Source of the DNA: a virus
Taxonomy: Duplodnaviria > Caudoviricetes
IMG/VR virus record: IMGVR_UViG_3300020043_002961
Span: 1 to 38,722 of that record
Strand: one strand, 5' to 3'
Length of the DNA: 38,722 nucleotides
A model generated the notes under the pieces. It was not told the DNA's origin. It saw only the letters and a program-made list of their open reading frames with translations, and did no database searches. The position numbers and the translations under genes are program-made. The number at the start of each line of letters is the position of its first letter. Within the stretch, counting starts at the first letter, position 1. This document shows, piece by piece, positions 17,223 through 27,388 of this stretch.

Positions 17223-17443
17223 TCCTTGCCTTTCTCGGTGTTTTCCACCGTCTTCAATAATTTCTCAAACTTCTCTCTCTCTTCACGCAAAACCAATGCA
17301 GCCTTGTTCAACTCACGACGATCGCGTGTGCGCTCAGCATCTTGAACAGCGAACTTGAACAGGCCCCAAAAAATGATCGTTCCAAAGCACATGACAAGCA
17401 AGCCAAGAAACACAATTACGCCAAGGTTGTCAGGTTTAGACAT
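17219..17443 (-). CDS. single-TM protein with coiled-coil tail
   Basis: N-terminal TM, charged helix; tiling. Confidence 0.6.
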   Translation of the reverse strand: MSKPDNLGVIVFLGLLVMCFGTIIFWGLFKFAVQDAERTRDRRELNKAALVLREEREKFEKLLKTVENTEKGKE

Positions 17444-18197
17444 TCGCAATGATACCAATCAACAACCAAAAATATGCCACCATGAGAAGCAACAAGAACA
17501 CCGTCACGTTGCGGTCGATGCGGTCGTTGCGCTCTCTAAACTGCTTGGCTACCAACGCAGCACGCTCACGCTTCTGCTTCATCTGGCGAGCCGCCTGTCC
17601 GACCTTCACTTTGTCCTGCATCTCTTTGAACTGAGTCCAGATCGGCCCAAGCTGCCACGGTGCGTTGCTGGTCATCAAGGTCATCAACGCTGGGTAAGCG
17701 GCATCCACCTCAACCTGCAACTGCGTTAGCTCCAGAACCTCTTTCTGGTCGATAACGTCCTTGCCAAAAACTTCTGCGTAGCGTTTCTCGGTGTACGACT
17801 TCAGGAAAGCGTACTTGTCGAACCACTCGCCAACGTGCCCGATGAACTGCTGCACGACTTCGTCTTGTGTTGGGATGTGGTCGATGTAGCCGTCATCTTT
17901 CTTAGATCGCTTTCCAGTTGTCTTTGCTGGCGCTGTATGCGCTTGATCTCCAACTGGCTGGGGCGCTGCGGCTTGTAATTGCGGAGTAGGTTTTGCGCCT
18001 CCGAGAAGGTTTTTAAACCATCCCCAAATGCCCGTAACCTCTGCGTAAATTTTCTTAGCGTCAGTGACTCCACCTTCAACGGTCTTTTTGACGCGCTGGA
18101 TCTCAACAGACCCTTCGCGAAGGCAATCACAACAAAACTGAATGCCAGCCCAAGCGCCACGCATGGCTTGAAGGGCGAGCATAATTTCTGGGCCCAC
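17436..18197 (-). CDS. hypothetical protein with C-terminal TM anchor
   Basis: Likely GTG start at 18197; hydrophobic C-terminus. Confidence 0.6.
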   Translation of the reverse strand: MGPEIMLALQAMRGAWAGIQFCCDCLREGSVEIQRVKKTVEGGVTDAKKIYAEVTGIWGWFKNLLGGAKPTPQLQAAAPQPVGDQAHTAPAKTTGKRSKKDDGYIDHIPTQDEVVQQFIGHVGEWFDKYAFLKSYTEKRYAEVFGKDVIDQKEVLELTQLQVEVDAAYPALMTLMTSNAPWQLGPIWTQFKEMQDKVKVGQAARQMKQKRERAALVAKQFRERNDRIDRNVTVFLLLLMVAYFWLLIGIIANV

Positions 18198-18198
18198 A

Positions 18199-18438
18199 TC
18201 ATGCAGCCTTGTCTTGCTTGCCGTCGAGCTTGTCGAAGATTTGGCGCAGCAGATCCTTGATCTCGCGCATATCCTCTTTATAGTCGAGCTTCTGGACGTA
18301 TTCCTTGGGCAGCTCATTGGTGAGCGTCTCGATCTTGTCCTCTGCTTTTTGCAGGCGTTGCGTCAGCGAGTTAAGCACCCACAAGGCGAGACCCCCCGCA
18401 ATAGAGATGGCTATGTTGAAAAGTGATTGGCTATCCAC
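18199..18438 (-). CDS. small TM plus coiled-coil protein (holin/antiholin-like)
   Basis: N-terminal TM; LPKEYV.K.DY..D...I...L..IFDKLD.K.DK. Confidence 0.65.
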   Translation of the reverse strand: MDSQSLFNIAISIAGGLALWVLNSLTQRLQKAEDKIETLTNELPKEYVQKLDYKEDMREIKDLLRQIFDKLDGKQDKAA

Positions 18439-18449
18439 ATGCTACTTTC

Positions 18450-18746
18450 TCAAGCCTGTGGCTCGTCTTCTGGTTGCGCTGCCGCTGCCGCTGCCGCAGC
18501 AGCTTCTGCCGCTGCCTTTGCATCATCCCATTTTGCAAGTGTTGCGATTGCCCATTCTGGCAACTCTTCGATGTGCTCGTTAGCAGGCTTCTTGAACTCG
18601 CTTTCGTTGACGAACTCAATCCAACCTTTAGCGCCATCCCACTGTAAAGCGTGCACTTTCTCTGGTGTGCTCGACAGATCAAGACCGCTGTACGAAACGC
18701 CGTCTTTATAGACCGCGCCGTCTAAGGGAATAATTGTGATCTTCAT
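18450..18746 (-). CDS. tail fiber-associated protein
   Basis: VHALQWDG.KGWIE motif; GGAGG SD; downstream of fiber genes. Confidence 0.6.
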   Translation of the reverse strand: MKITIIPLDGAVYKDGVSYSGLDLSSTPEKVHALQWDGAKGWIEFVNESEFKKPANEHIEELPEWAIATLAKWDDAKAAAEAAAAAAAAAQPEDEPQA

Positions 18747-19057
18747 GGCTTCACCTCCAAAATCATATGTTGAGCTTGTTGCGGAACACCAGCAGCGGCA
18801 AGCAGCACTCGCTGCCCGACTTCATTGGCTTTCACCATCTCATTGCGAAAGCTCTCTACTGCCGCTCCTGTTTGACGTTGCTGTTGCGAGTTCTCGATCA
18901 TCAGCACTGGCAGCCATGCCATTGAGCAACCCCACTCATCTTTGTCTTCACCGGTGTTTGGGTTCTTGCCTCGTATCCGCATAAACCACGCGCAATCAAG
19001 TTTGCGGCATGGGTTGAATCCATCGAGGGGGCAGTTTGCTTTTGCTTCGATCTTCAT
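18743..19057 (-). CDS. conserved Cys-rich protein of the fiber cluster
   Basis: CPL..C..LDCAWF...WGC.MAW.P..IENSQQQRQTGAAVESFRNEMV. Confidence 0.65.
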   Translation of the reverse strand: MKIEAKANCPLDGFNPCRKLDCAWFMRIRGKNPNTGEDKDEWGCSMAWLPVLMIENSQQQRQTGAAVESFRNEMVKANEVGQRVLLAAAGVPQQAQHMILEVKP

Positions 19058-19060
19058 GGT

Positions 19061-19522
19061 TTAGTTCTTTGTCGCGATGATCGTGTCAACGTAGGACACA
19101 GCAAAACTAGGCATGGTGTGCGTGTGTGAGCCACCGCCGCCTTGAGCGTTTGTGGATATCGTTGAAGATTGAATAAAGGTATATTGGGCGCTCAGGCCGT
19201 TTGCATTGCCACCTCCTCCGCTCACAACAATGCCATGACTATGGCTAGGCATCTGAGCAGTGCTAAGTGTTGTCGCGCCAGCAGAAAGACCAGATGCAAA
19301 CGCTGTCGTAAACGCAACCGAACCACCCGAGCTGGCTGTGCCGCTAACTACGCGCAGCGCTTTGTCGTCATGCGTTGTTGATTTAGTCCAGCCAGTAGGT
19401 GCGGCGGTTTGAACAAACAACATGACAGTGCCAGCGTCAAACGATGGCGCATTGGACAGTTTGTCTGCCTTTACGTTGCCACTCGAATCGAGTGGCTGTG
19501 AGAGATAACGTGCAAGGCTCAT
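19061..19522 (-). CDS. short tail-collar/fiber-tip protein
   Basis: GTVMLFVQTAAPTGW, TLSTAQMPSHSH, GGSHTH. Confidence 0.75.
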   Translation of the reverse strand: MSLARYLSQPLDSSGNVKADKLSNAPSFDAGTVMLFVQTAAPTGWTKSTTHDDKALRVVSGTASSGGSVAFTTAFASGLSAGATTLSTAQMPSHSHGIVVSGGGGNANGLSAQYTFIQSSTISTNAQGGGGSHTHTMPSFAVSYVDTIIATKN

Positions 19523-19749
19523 GGCATCACTCCTTTGATTTGCTCAACAGTTGATGCGGCATCAATGGCTGCTTGCATCTCTGCGTACTTAGTGCGAATG
19601 GCTTGACGCTCAACTTTAACAGCTTGCACATTAGTGTTTGGGATTTGCTTCATGATGACCTCATCAAGCGGTTTAAATTCTTCGGCGCGTGCTGCACGGC
19701 GCACATCATGCGCAATGGCTTTTGCCTTGTCTATGTTTACGGTAATCAT
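19519..19749 (-). CDS. tail fiber assembly-like protein
   Basis: AK.IAH..RR..R..EF.PLD; position. Confidence 0.6.
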   Translation of the reverse strand: MITVNIDKAKAIAHDVRRAARAEEFKPLDEVIMKQIPNTNVQAVKVERQAIRTKYAEMQAAIDAASTVEQIKGVMP

Positions 19750-20000
19750 TCAGTCACCTCTGGAAATTTGTTGTACTCTGCACCCACGCCATCAGTCAGC
19801 GTGGCCTCATCAACTTCCCAAGCTGCGCGGAAAGTGCGGTCACTTGGCACGTCTGCTGTGTAAACAATCTTGAATGGCTTTCCAGCAGGTACGTCTTTAA
19901 GCGCGATGGCTTCGATGCCGTATTGCTCAAGAGCTTCTGGTGTTGGCACGATGACAGCCACGCCGCCTTCGTCAGTTTGATAGATGATTCTCTGTGTCAT
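19746..20000 (-). CDS. tail fiber-associated protein
   Basis: KDVPAGKPFKIV...VPSDRTFRAAW; position. Confidence 0.6.
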   Translation of the reverse strand: MTQRIIYQTDEGGVAVIVPTPEALEQYGIEAIALKDVPAGKPFKIVYTADVPSDRTFRAAWEVDEATLTDGVGAEYNKFPEVTE

Positions 20001-20015
20001 TTTGGTTGCTCCTAA

Positions 20016-21509
20016 TTAGCGAAAAATGGATACCGTTGCTAACGCCATGTCTTGGTTATCCATTGAAGAGCCTTGTGAGCGAACTGTATCAAAGCGCAGA
20101 GACGAAGCTGTTTGTTCGCCTGTGGTTGTCCGTCCAACAGATACAGCATTAGTTGTGGAGTCATTCAAATGACTGCTTCCAGCGTAGCTCCATGAATAGT
20201 TTGCATCAGGCATAGCCGTCGAAAAGTTAACTGTGTAGTCGCCAGTACCGTTATCCGTAATCGAACTAACGTTGCCACTACCGCGAATCGCCACAGTGCC
20301 AGTGCCGTTGAAGTTCACCCAAGCGCGGCAACCGTAGGCAGTTGCGACAGAGCCGTAGCCTGAGTTGAATTTGAAGTTGCCGATTGAGTCGATGTGCGCA
20401 CGCTCTACACGGCGGTCAGAAGATCTGGAGCCAGAAGGTGTTGTGTAAAAAGATAGATTACTCGAACCGTCTGTTCCTAAACCAGACATTACGCTCGCAC
20501 AAGGGTAATCATTCTCATTCATGAAGTCGATAAAACCTGTTCGTGCATTACTTGCGCTTGCATCCGATTGTTTTATCAAAACCCCATTAAATGAGTTTCC
20601 AGAACCAGAAAACCTAGCAATGTTTCCAGATGAGGAAATATCCAACTTGCAAGTAGGAGAACTCGTACCAATACCTACGTTGCCAGAAGCATCCTTGTAG
20701 AACTGGCCTGAGCCTAAGTTCACAACGCCAGTGCCACCAGTGAGCGTGCCGCTGTAAGACGGGTTTACCTTGGTTAAAAATAACGCATCAGCCTCACCTT
20801 GCGTATAAGTATTCGCAACCTCAAACGCTCCGTATGCAACCACATCAAGCACATCGCCAGCGGCAGCGCCTGAAACCAGTACGACAGCAGTTCCGCTTGA
20901 AACGGTAACGTCAGTGCCGTTCACCAGCTTGACGCCGTTTAGGTACACGTCAGCAAAGTTGGCGTCGTAGCCGTCAGTCACAGTGAATGATGTCTGGCCG
21001 GCGGTTGCAGTAAATGTCTGACGGCGAGCTGTTCCGTTTACGGCAGATCCAGCGTCCTTCCATCCAGTTGATGCGTAAACCCTCATCTTCTGGTCTGTCG
21101 TATTGAAATACAAAGCGCCAATGATCAATGCGCCACCGTCATTGTCAACAGATGGTTCTGACGATTTCGCGCCAAGGTAACGATCATCGAATGAATCATA
21201 CGATGCAGCGGCATTAGTTGCAGCCAATTCAGCGGCTGTCTGAGCGGCCTGAGCGCCCAATTCAGCCGAGTTAGCGTCCAATGCACTTGCGGCTGCTTCG
21301 CTTGCCTTGGTTGTGGCAATGCCAGCCTGCGTGGTAGCAGTTGAAGCAGAGGCGGCGGCGGCAGAGGCGTCAGCGTCAGCCGCAACGCCAACAGCGTTTG
21401 CGGCCGTGCCCCAGTCATCAAGAGCAGCAACAAAAGCGAACGCCTTCGTGTTAAATACTTCCGGCGAGTCGCCTAACGCTGGTGCGTCTGGTAGTGCTGG
21501 GATTGTCAT
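20016..21509 (-). CDS. tail fiber / receptor-binding protein
   Basis: Ala-rich coiled coil, SFDDRYLGAK, DVYLNGVKL, GNVGIGTSSP, RAWVNFNG..GNVSSITDNGTGDY. Confidence 0.85.
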   Translation of the reverse strand: MTIPALPDAPALGDSPEVFNTKAFAFVAALDDWGTAANAVGVAADADASAAAASASTATTQAGIATTKASEAAASALDANSAELGAQAAQTAAELAATNAAASYDSFDDRYLGAKSSEPSVDNDGGALIIGALYFNTTDQKMRVYASTGWKDAGSAVNGTARRQTFTATAGQTSFTVTDGYDANFADVYLNGVKLVNGTDVTVSSGTAVVLVSGAAAGDVLDVVAYGAFEVANTYTQGEADALFLTKVNPSYSGTLTGGTGVVNLGSGQFYKDASGNVGIGTSSPTCKLDISSSGNIARFSGSGNSFNGVLIKQSDASASNARTGFIDFMNENDYPCASVMSGLGTDGSSNLSFYTTPSGSRSSDRRVERAHIDSIGNFKFNSGYGSVATAYGCRAWVNFNGTGTVAIRGSGNVSSITDNGTGDYTVNFSTAMPDANYSWSYAGSSHLNDSTTNAVSVGRTTTGEQTASSLRFDTVRSQGSSMDNQDMALATVSIFR

Positions 21510-22423
21510 GTAAGACCCTCAAGTTCAAGTGTGCAGTCAGAGTGCGTTGGGTACGAGATCGAGACTTGGAAGTCCTTGTAGATCCCGAAAATGATCGTCG
21601 ATTCGTAGTCGCCATGTCCAATCCACAAGCATGGAGTTGCGCGGACATCTGCAAGATACGAAACAGTCGAATCCACATCCTTCTTTTCCAGTAGCATACC
21701 AAAACTGGCACGCTTTGAAAAGGCTCTGCGAACCAATACTGTGTCGCCGAACTCATTTGTCTCTTTGCGCGAGTAGTCCTGAATGCCGACGTTTGCGCCG
21801 AGATTTACGCCAAGGCCAATGCTTCTGATCTGGCCAAACAGGATGACGCCAACTGACATCTCTCCGTTTCCAGCCAAGTCGATCAGAATGTCAGCCTCTG
21901 GGTACGACGGCAAATCAGCCTGCACAGACAGCTGAGCCACAGACCGGACGCTAAAGAACCACTCCCACCAACCAACGATATCTGGGTGCGAAAGCAAAGA
22001 TGTCGTCTTGTCGTAAACCGTACCGTATGTCGGATCAATCATGCGCACGCGAACCGTGTCAACGCCAGACATATTCAGCACAGAGACGTTGTTTACAACC
22101 AATCCTGGTGTAATTCTGTAGCTGATTGTGTCGGCTTGAACGGTCTGAGTGCTGTTGGATGTGTCGAACACTTTCCAGCGGTTTGTCGGGCCAACCTCGA
22201 CCCAATAGGTCAACTCAGTGACTGGGTCTTTGTTGGTGTTTGACGATTGCAGCGACTCGTAAATCTTGTGCGTGCTGGTCAAAATTACCCGTGCACCGGC
22301 GGCATAGGTAGTTCCACTAGACCACGCCGCGTAGTCGTTTTCAGGCACGTCGGACGACACCAGCATGGCTGTAGTCATCGTCATTGGCTTGACGACCTTC
22401 AGTGCATACGTTGCTGCTGTCAT
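21506..22423 (-). CDS. minor tail / tail-tip protein with N-terminal carbohydrate-binding-like segment
   Basis: AWSSGTTYAAG.RV, IQDYSRKETNEFG; directly follows TMP. Confidence 0.65.
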   Translation of the reverse strand: MTAATYALKVVKPMTMTTAMLVSSDVPENDYAAWSSGTTYAAGARVILTSTHKIYESLQSSNTNKDPVTELTYWVEVGPTNRWKVFDTSNSTQTVQADTISYRITPGLVVNNVSVLNMSGVDTVRVRMIDPTYGTVYDKTTSLLSHPDIVGWWEWFFSVRSVAQLSVQADLPSYPEADILIDLAGNGEMSVGVILFGQIRSIGLGVNLGANVGIQDYSRKETNEFGDTVLVRRAFSKRASFGMLLEKKDVDSTVSYLADVRATPCLWIGHGDYESTIIFGIYKDFQVSISYPTHSDCTLELEGLT

Positions 22424-25400
22424 ACCACCGCCCTTGTTTCTGGAATGCCGTCAATATCCCAACGCTCGACGACCTTTGTGAGTCTAGATTGTAATTGGAC
22501 AATGGCTCGCGCTTGCGCCTGATTGTCAACTCGAAGAGCAGAAATCTCCTCGATCAGCACGGCGGTAGACGACGCGCCAGACATCAAGCATGCCGTTGTC
22601 GATGTCGGAGTCAGCTCCAGACCGTCGGTCTGCTGAGTTGCAGTCAGGTCAACGGATGCGATTGTAGAAATCGCCTTCTCAGCAGATCCAGCGCCAAGGA
22701 TCGACAATGTCTCAGCCAAGCTACCAGCCAAGAAGCCTTTCATGCGAGCAACTTCGCTCGCGGTCGTGGCAGTCAATTGGAACGCTTGGTCAAGAGCCGA
22801 GCTGATTGTTGGCAATTTGGAGAGCGCAGTCAGGTCGCCTGAGCGAGCCTGAGCCGTCGTGGTGGCAAACTGAGCCTGCAATGCCGCTGCGCTCTGAGCG
22901 TTTGTAGATCCACCCAAAGATTTCTTCAGGCGATCAATCTCGCTTGTGACGCCTTGGCTGGCTTGAATCAGCTCTTGCTGGGCCTTCTTTTCGTCTTCCA
23001 GAGCCCAGATACGCTCTTGCAGCGATCGGTTGCTGGCATCCAAGGATTCCAGCTCAAGGCGTCGAATCTCAGCCGTGTTGCCAGTGGCCGTGAGCAATTG
23101 CTTCTCAAGGCTTTGACGCTCAGACTTGATTTTGTCTTGAGCCGCTTTTTCTGCGTCGAGAATCTCTTGACGGGCCTCTTCCTGTGCGTTTACAACATCT
23201 ACAAAAGACGGAGCAAGAGCCATCAAAGCAAACTTCAGCTTCTTGCCAGCGTCTGTAGATTCATCCTGCGCGTCAACCAAGGCACGAAGCTCAGCAATAG
23301 TTTCAGGAACCTTCGTGCCAGTGATGCCGAGATTCTTGAACTGGTCACGAACGGCTTGCTGGTTAAATTGCAGCATCTCTGCGCTGGTCAACACAGCATC
23401 GCGGTAGCCAGACTTCAGATCCTCAGCGGCTTGAATCATCTCTGCAAACGCTGGAGACAAAGAAATCAATGTTGCGTATGCCTTACGGCCAGATTCTGTT
23501 GTCAGATCCTGCGCGTTCACCAAATCCTTGAAGCCTTGTGTTGTCTCTGGAACTGATTCGCCCATGTAAGACATGGCACGAGTCATCTCAATGATCGCGT
23601 CTGCGCCGCGCTCTTCAGCGGTAAAGAAGTCTTCGTAATATTGCTGGACGGCAGATTGGTACTCAGAGATTCCACCAAACGCGTTCACGATGCTGTCGGC
23701 CAGCAATCCACCATTGACGCCGGTTTGCTGCATCGTGTCGCCGAGACGCTCTGTGTAAACGCGAACCAGTTCAAACTGCGCTGCAACGCGAGAAAGCGTC
23801 TCGAAGTAACCTTCGCCAACCTTTTGGATTGACTCAAAGCCGCCAATCGCAGCGCGAGCGATTCTGTCTGACTCAGCGCCAAACACGGCTTCAAGTTTTT
23901 CTGCAATTTGCTCGCCAGACAGATTCTTCAAGTCGATGCGTCCAATGTTGACAACATACTCTTGGAGACGCTTGTTGACTGCATTTGTCTCAACTTGCAG
24001 AAGATCTGCGGCGGTCATCACGGTGTTTCCGACAGATCGGAAGATCGCGCTGAATTGCTGCTTCAGTTCTGAATCAAGCTGACTGTACTGGGTGCTTGTT
24101 GATGTGCTGTAGCTAAAGCCAAACAGCTTTTTCTTTGTCTGCACATCTGCGTAGTATTGACCTTGGAACCCTTGATCCATGATGTCTTTTAGCATCTGTG
24201 AGTTGGCTGAAATACCAGACCCAGTGACGCTCACGCTCTTACCGAATAAAGATGTATTCAGGCCGGACATGATTCCAGACAAGGGAGCCAAGAATGATGG
24301 CAAAGCCCTCCACACAGAGTTCATCAGATTGCTGACTGTCGTATCAAACTTGCCAGTTGGTATGGTTGCTTCGAGATCCGAAATTCCAGTGCTACGCAAA
24401 TACAGATTTGCGACTCCACCGATCTGCTGCTCAATCGTGCGCAGGCTCATCGCCATCTCGCGTGTGTAATTCAGCGCAACGTCCTGAGTCGAGTTCAACA
24501 AGTCAAGGCTGTTCTTCAGCGATTCGCTCGCCTTGCCAGTGTCTCCGAATGTCGTTCCCTTGCCTTCGTTTGTCGGGGCCGCTCCGCCTCCGCCACCTCC
24601 GAATGCACCAACAGCAAATCCAAGCGAGGCCATGATCGCTGCCATGGTGGCCATACGTGGGAATGCAGTGTACGGATCACCCTTTGACTGGTTTGCTACA
24701 CCAGCAGCTGCGCTCGAAGCGCCGATTGCAGCGTTGTTGGCAACTTCAGCTGTCGCGTTTGCGGTTCCGCTTGTCGTCATCAGCGCGTCACCGGCGACCT
24801 TCTTGGCCACGAACAAGTCAATGAAGCCTAGCTTCTTGGCTGCATTGCCAACAGCACTGGCCAGCTCGAATGCGCGGAACACCTTCTCTGCGTTATACAG
24901 AGCGTCGTATGCCTTCGTTCCCTCTTTTGCGTAGCTGCGCAATCCACCAATCATTGAACCATAAGCAGAAATACTTGCGCGAGATGACATCTCCATCAGC
25001 TTGGCTTGCTCAGCAGCCATCTTTGCTGGGTCGTTTTTGTTCACCTCGGCGTTCATTGCCATGGCTTTGTTTAAGCGGAGCTGAGTTTCGATGACGTTGT
25101 TCAATGCGTCAGCGAACTTAAATGCACCATCAAGTGCACCATCAAACATCGTGCTGAATTTTGACGTGTCGATCTCAGAAGATTCTTTAATTGTCTTCTT
25201 GAGGTTTGCATATGCCTCGGTTTGCTCAGCAAGATTGATCTTTGCTCGCTCACTTTGGAAAGTCTCTGGAGTTAGAAACTCCTGCTTCTTTTCAAGGTCG
25301 CGCATCTCCTTCGCGTACTTCAGCTGGATCTGACGCTGTGTCGTAATGTTTTGCTGCTCAAGGCGAGACTTGCCAACCATCTGGAATTCGTCTTCCAGTG

Positions 25401-27381
25401 ATTTAGCAACCTCGCGAGACGCGGCTAAGAGCTCGTCGGTCTTAAGCTCAGTCTCAAACATAATTTTCTTTGAGCGAGCTTCCTTCTCAACAACAACCAA
25501 AGCCTGAGCAGCAGCAAGTGCTGCCTTCTTGTTGTCAATCTCAATGCCAACCACGCCTTTTATTTGAAGCGTCTTGATCTGCTCTTTGAAGCCTGAAATC
25601 ATCTTCTCACCTTCAGTGAGCTCGCTAGATTTCAATGTGGCTTTTGTGAGGCCGTCAACGTACTCGCGCAACGCCGCAGTCTTGCCTTTGATGTTTGCAA
25701 CTTCATCATCACCAGTGCGAGGTGTCTTGGCGTTGATGCCAGAAATGATTGTGTTGTAGTCACGCAGGACTGCGTTGTATTCTTGTGAGCCTTTAGTCAG
25801 GCCGACCAATGCTTTGTCGCGAGTTTGAACTGCCTGAGTTCGCTCAAGCTCTCGCTTCTTTTCGTCAGAATAGAACGCTTTGGCTTTTTCTCCAAGGTCG
25901 ATTGCTGCTGACTCTGCCTTTAAGCCATCTTTCTTTGCCTGCTCTCGCTGGTTTTCAAGATCAACGGACTGCTGGAGTAAGCGAATTTGCTCTTTGTAAA
26001 TCTTGATTTGCGGCGACTCGCCGCTCACAGCTTGACCGCGAGCTGCTGCACGACTCTGCAACTCCTGTGCGCTTGCCAGCTTTTGTTTCATTTGGTCGAG
26101 CTGCTGCTCAGGAGTAAGCTCTCGCCCAACCTCTTTCACGGCATCAAGAGCCTGTCGTGCTGCGCCTTTAATTCCAAGCCAAGCCTTCTCGATGTAACCC
26201 AAGTTGGCCAGCAACTTTGGAGTCATACCTTCAAGCGATGCGGCATAAGCCTCCTGCGCAACCTTTGCTGCTTCTGAAGACTTTCCTTGCTCTTCAAGCG
26301 CTTTGATCTGCGCGTACACGGATCGAGTCAGGTAGTTTGTAGATTCAGTCAGCTTTAATGAAGCCTGCAATGGAGCCTTGCCAAGAGCCTCAAAGTTTTT
26401 GGTGATGTCTTCAACAGCACCGCCGCCTGCATTCTCAAAATCAATCACAGCCTTGGTGAAACGCTGGAAATTCTCAGCGCCAACCTTGCCAGTCTGTGCA
26501 AAGATATTCAAAACCTCAGCGGCCTTGGCTTGCGTTGTGGTTCCGCTATCCAAGCTGGCAGCGATCGCAGAAAACTGGCCAGCAGTGACTCCGGCTGCAT
26601 TGCCGGTCAAGATCAAGCTCTTCTGGAAAGCCTCGGCCTCAGCTGCGCCCTTGAAGTAGCCATATCCAAGAGCTCCAATGGCCGCTGCCGCAACGGTGAA
26701 CGGATTCACCAATCCTGCGATGTAGCCGCCAAGAGCGCGAGCGGCTGCGCCAGCGCTACCAAAGATGTCCTTCAGTTGGCCACCCTGTTGCAATAGCACG
26801 GTCAATGGAGCCTGACCGCCTTGCAATGACACCACGATGTCAGTGAACTGAGCTGGAACCTGACGCAACGCAGCGGCCGTAGCCTTGGCTGTCATGCCGA
26901 ATTCGTTGAGCTGCTTGTTTCCCTTGCCAAGAGATCCATTCACGGATTCATTGGCTTTTTCGATTTCTCGCAGCTTGGCCAGGTATGGTTCCAGCTTTGT
27001 GAGGTCTGCACCGCGCTGCTCGGCGATTTTTTGCTGGTATGCGGCCGTACCCTTGCCGCCAGCCTCAAGCTCCGCTGTGGAGCGCTGGACAGCTGCAATG
27101 ATGCTGTTTGTGGCACGCTCTTGGCGCTTGGCAACCTTCTCAGCCTCGTCAGCGAGCTTCTTTTGCTCCTGAATGACTTTCTTGATGCCGACGCCGGTTT
27201 GATCTGCGGCTTCCTGAGTCTTATTGAATGACTCAGTGGCCTTCTTGCTTTGCTGATCTAAAGCCTGCGAAAGCTCGTTGATAGAGTCTTTCGCTACTTT
27301 CGTTCCGTCCTTAACACCAGAGGCGTCAACGCCCATCTCAATGTTAATTTTTGGATTGTTCGAGTTGCTTTGATTAGCCAT
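22420..27381 (-). CDS. tail tape measure protein
   Basis: 1653 aa helical; VPAQFTDIVVSLQGGQAPLTVLLQQGGQLKD lambda-type TMP motif. Confidence 0.92.
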   Translation of the reverse strand: MANQSNSNNPKINIEMGVDASGVKDGTKVAKDSINELSQALDQQSKKATESFNKTQEAADQTGVGIKKVIQEQKKLADEAEKVAKRQERATNSIIAAVQRSTAELEAGGKGTAAYQQKIAEQRGADLTKLEPYLAKLREIEKANESVNGSLGKGNKQLNEFGMTAKATAAALRQVPAQFTDIVVSLQGGQAPLTVLLQQGGQLKDIFGSAGAAARALGGYIAGLVNPFTVAAAAIGALGYGYFKGAAEAEAFQKSLILTGNAAGVTAGQFSAIAASLDSGTTTQAKAAEVLNIFAQTGKVGAENFQRFTKAVIDFENAGGGAVEDITKNFEALGKAPLQASLKLTESTNYLTRSVYAQIKALEEQGKSSEAAKVAQEAYAASLEGMTPKLLANLGYIEKAWLGIKGAARQALDAVKEVGRELTPEQQLDQMKQKLASAQELQSRAAARGQAVSGESPQIKIYKEQIRLLQQSVDLENQREQAKKDGLKAESAAIDLGEKAKAFYSDEKKRELERTQAVQTRDKALVGLTKGSQEYNAVLRDYNTIISGINAKTPRTGDDEVANIKGKTAALREYVDGLTKATLKSSELTEGEKMISGFKEQIKTLQIKGVVGIEIDNKKAALAAAQALVVVEKEARSKKIMFETELKTDELLAASREVAKSLEDEFQMVGKSRLEQQNITTQRQIQLKYAKEMRDLEKKQEFLTPETFQSERAKINLAEQTEAYANLKKTIKESSEIDTSKFSTMFDGALDGAFKFADALNNVIETQLRLNKAMAMNAEVNKNDPAKMAAEQAKLMEMSSRASISAYGSMIGGLRSYAKEGTKAYDALYNAEKVFRAFELASAVGNAAKKLGFIDLFVAKKVAGDALMTTSGTANATAEVANNAAIGASSAAAGVANQSKGDPYTAFPRMATMAAIMASLGFAVGAFGGGGGGAAPTNEGKGTTFGDTGKASESLKNSLDLLNSTQDVALNYTREMAMSLRTIEQQIGGVANLYLRSTGISDLEATIPTGKFDTTVSNLMNSVWRALPSFLAPLSGIMSGLNTSLFGKSVSVTGSGISANSQMLKDIMDQGFQGQYYADVQTKKKLFGFSYSTSTSTQYSQLDSELKQQFSAIFRSVGNTVMTAADLLQVETNAVNKRLQEYVVNIGRIDLKNLSGEQIAEKLEAVFGAESDRIARAAIGGFESIQKVGEGYFETLSRVAAQFELVRVYTERLGDTMQQTGVNGGLLADSIVNAFGGISEYQSAVQQYYEDFFTAEERGADAIIEMTRAMSYMGESVPETTQGFKDLVNAQDLTTESGRKAYATLISLSPAFAEMIQAAEDLKSGYRDAVLTSAEMLQFNQQAVRDQFKNLGITGTKVPETIAELRALVDAQDESTDAGKKLKFALMALAPSFVDVVNAQEEARQEILDAEKAAQDKIKSERQSLEKQLLTATGNTAEIRRLELESLDASNRSLQERIWALEDEKKAQQELIQASQGVTSEIDRLKKSLGGSTNAQSAAALQAQFATTTAQARSGDLTALSKLPTISSALDQAFQLTATTASEVARMKGFLAGSLAETLSILGAGSAEKAISTIASVDLTATQQTDGLELTPTSTTACLMSGASSTAVLIEEISALRVDNQAQARAIVQLQSRLTKVVERWDIDGIPETRAVV

Positions 27382-27388
27382 GCAGCAC

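Noticed and set aside
22495-27231. Many + strand ORFs antisense to the tape measure gene, and similar ones across the window
   Set aside because: Shadow ORFs with no recognisable motifs, opposite well-supported genes
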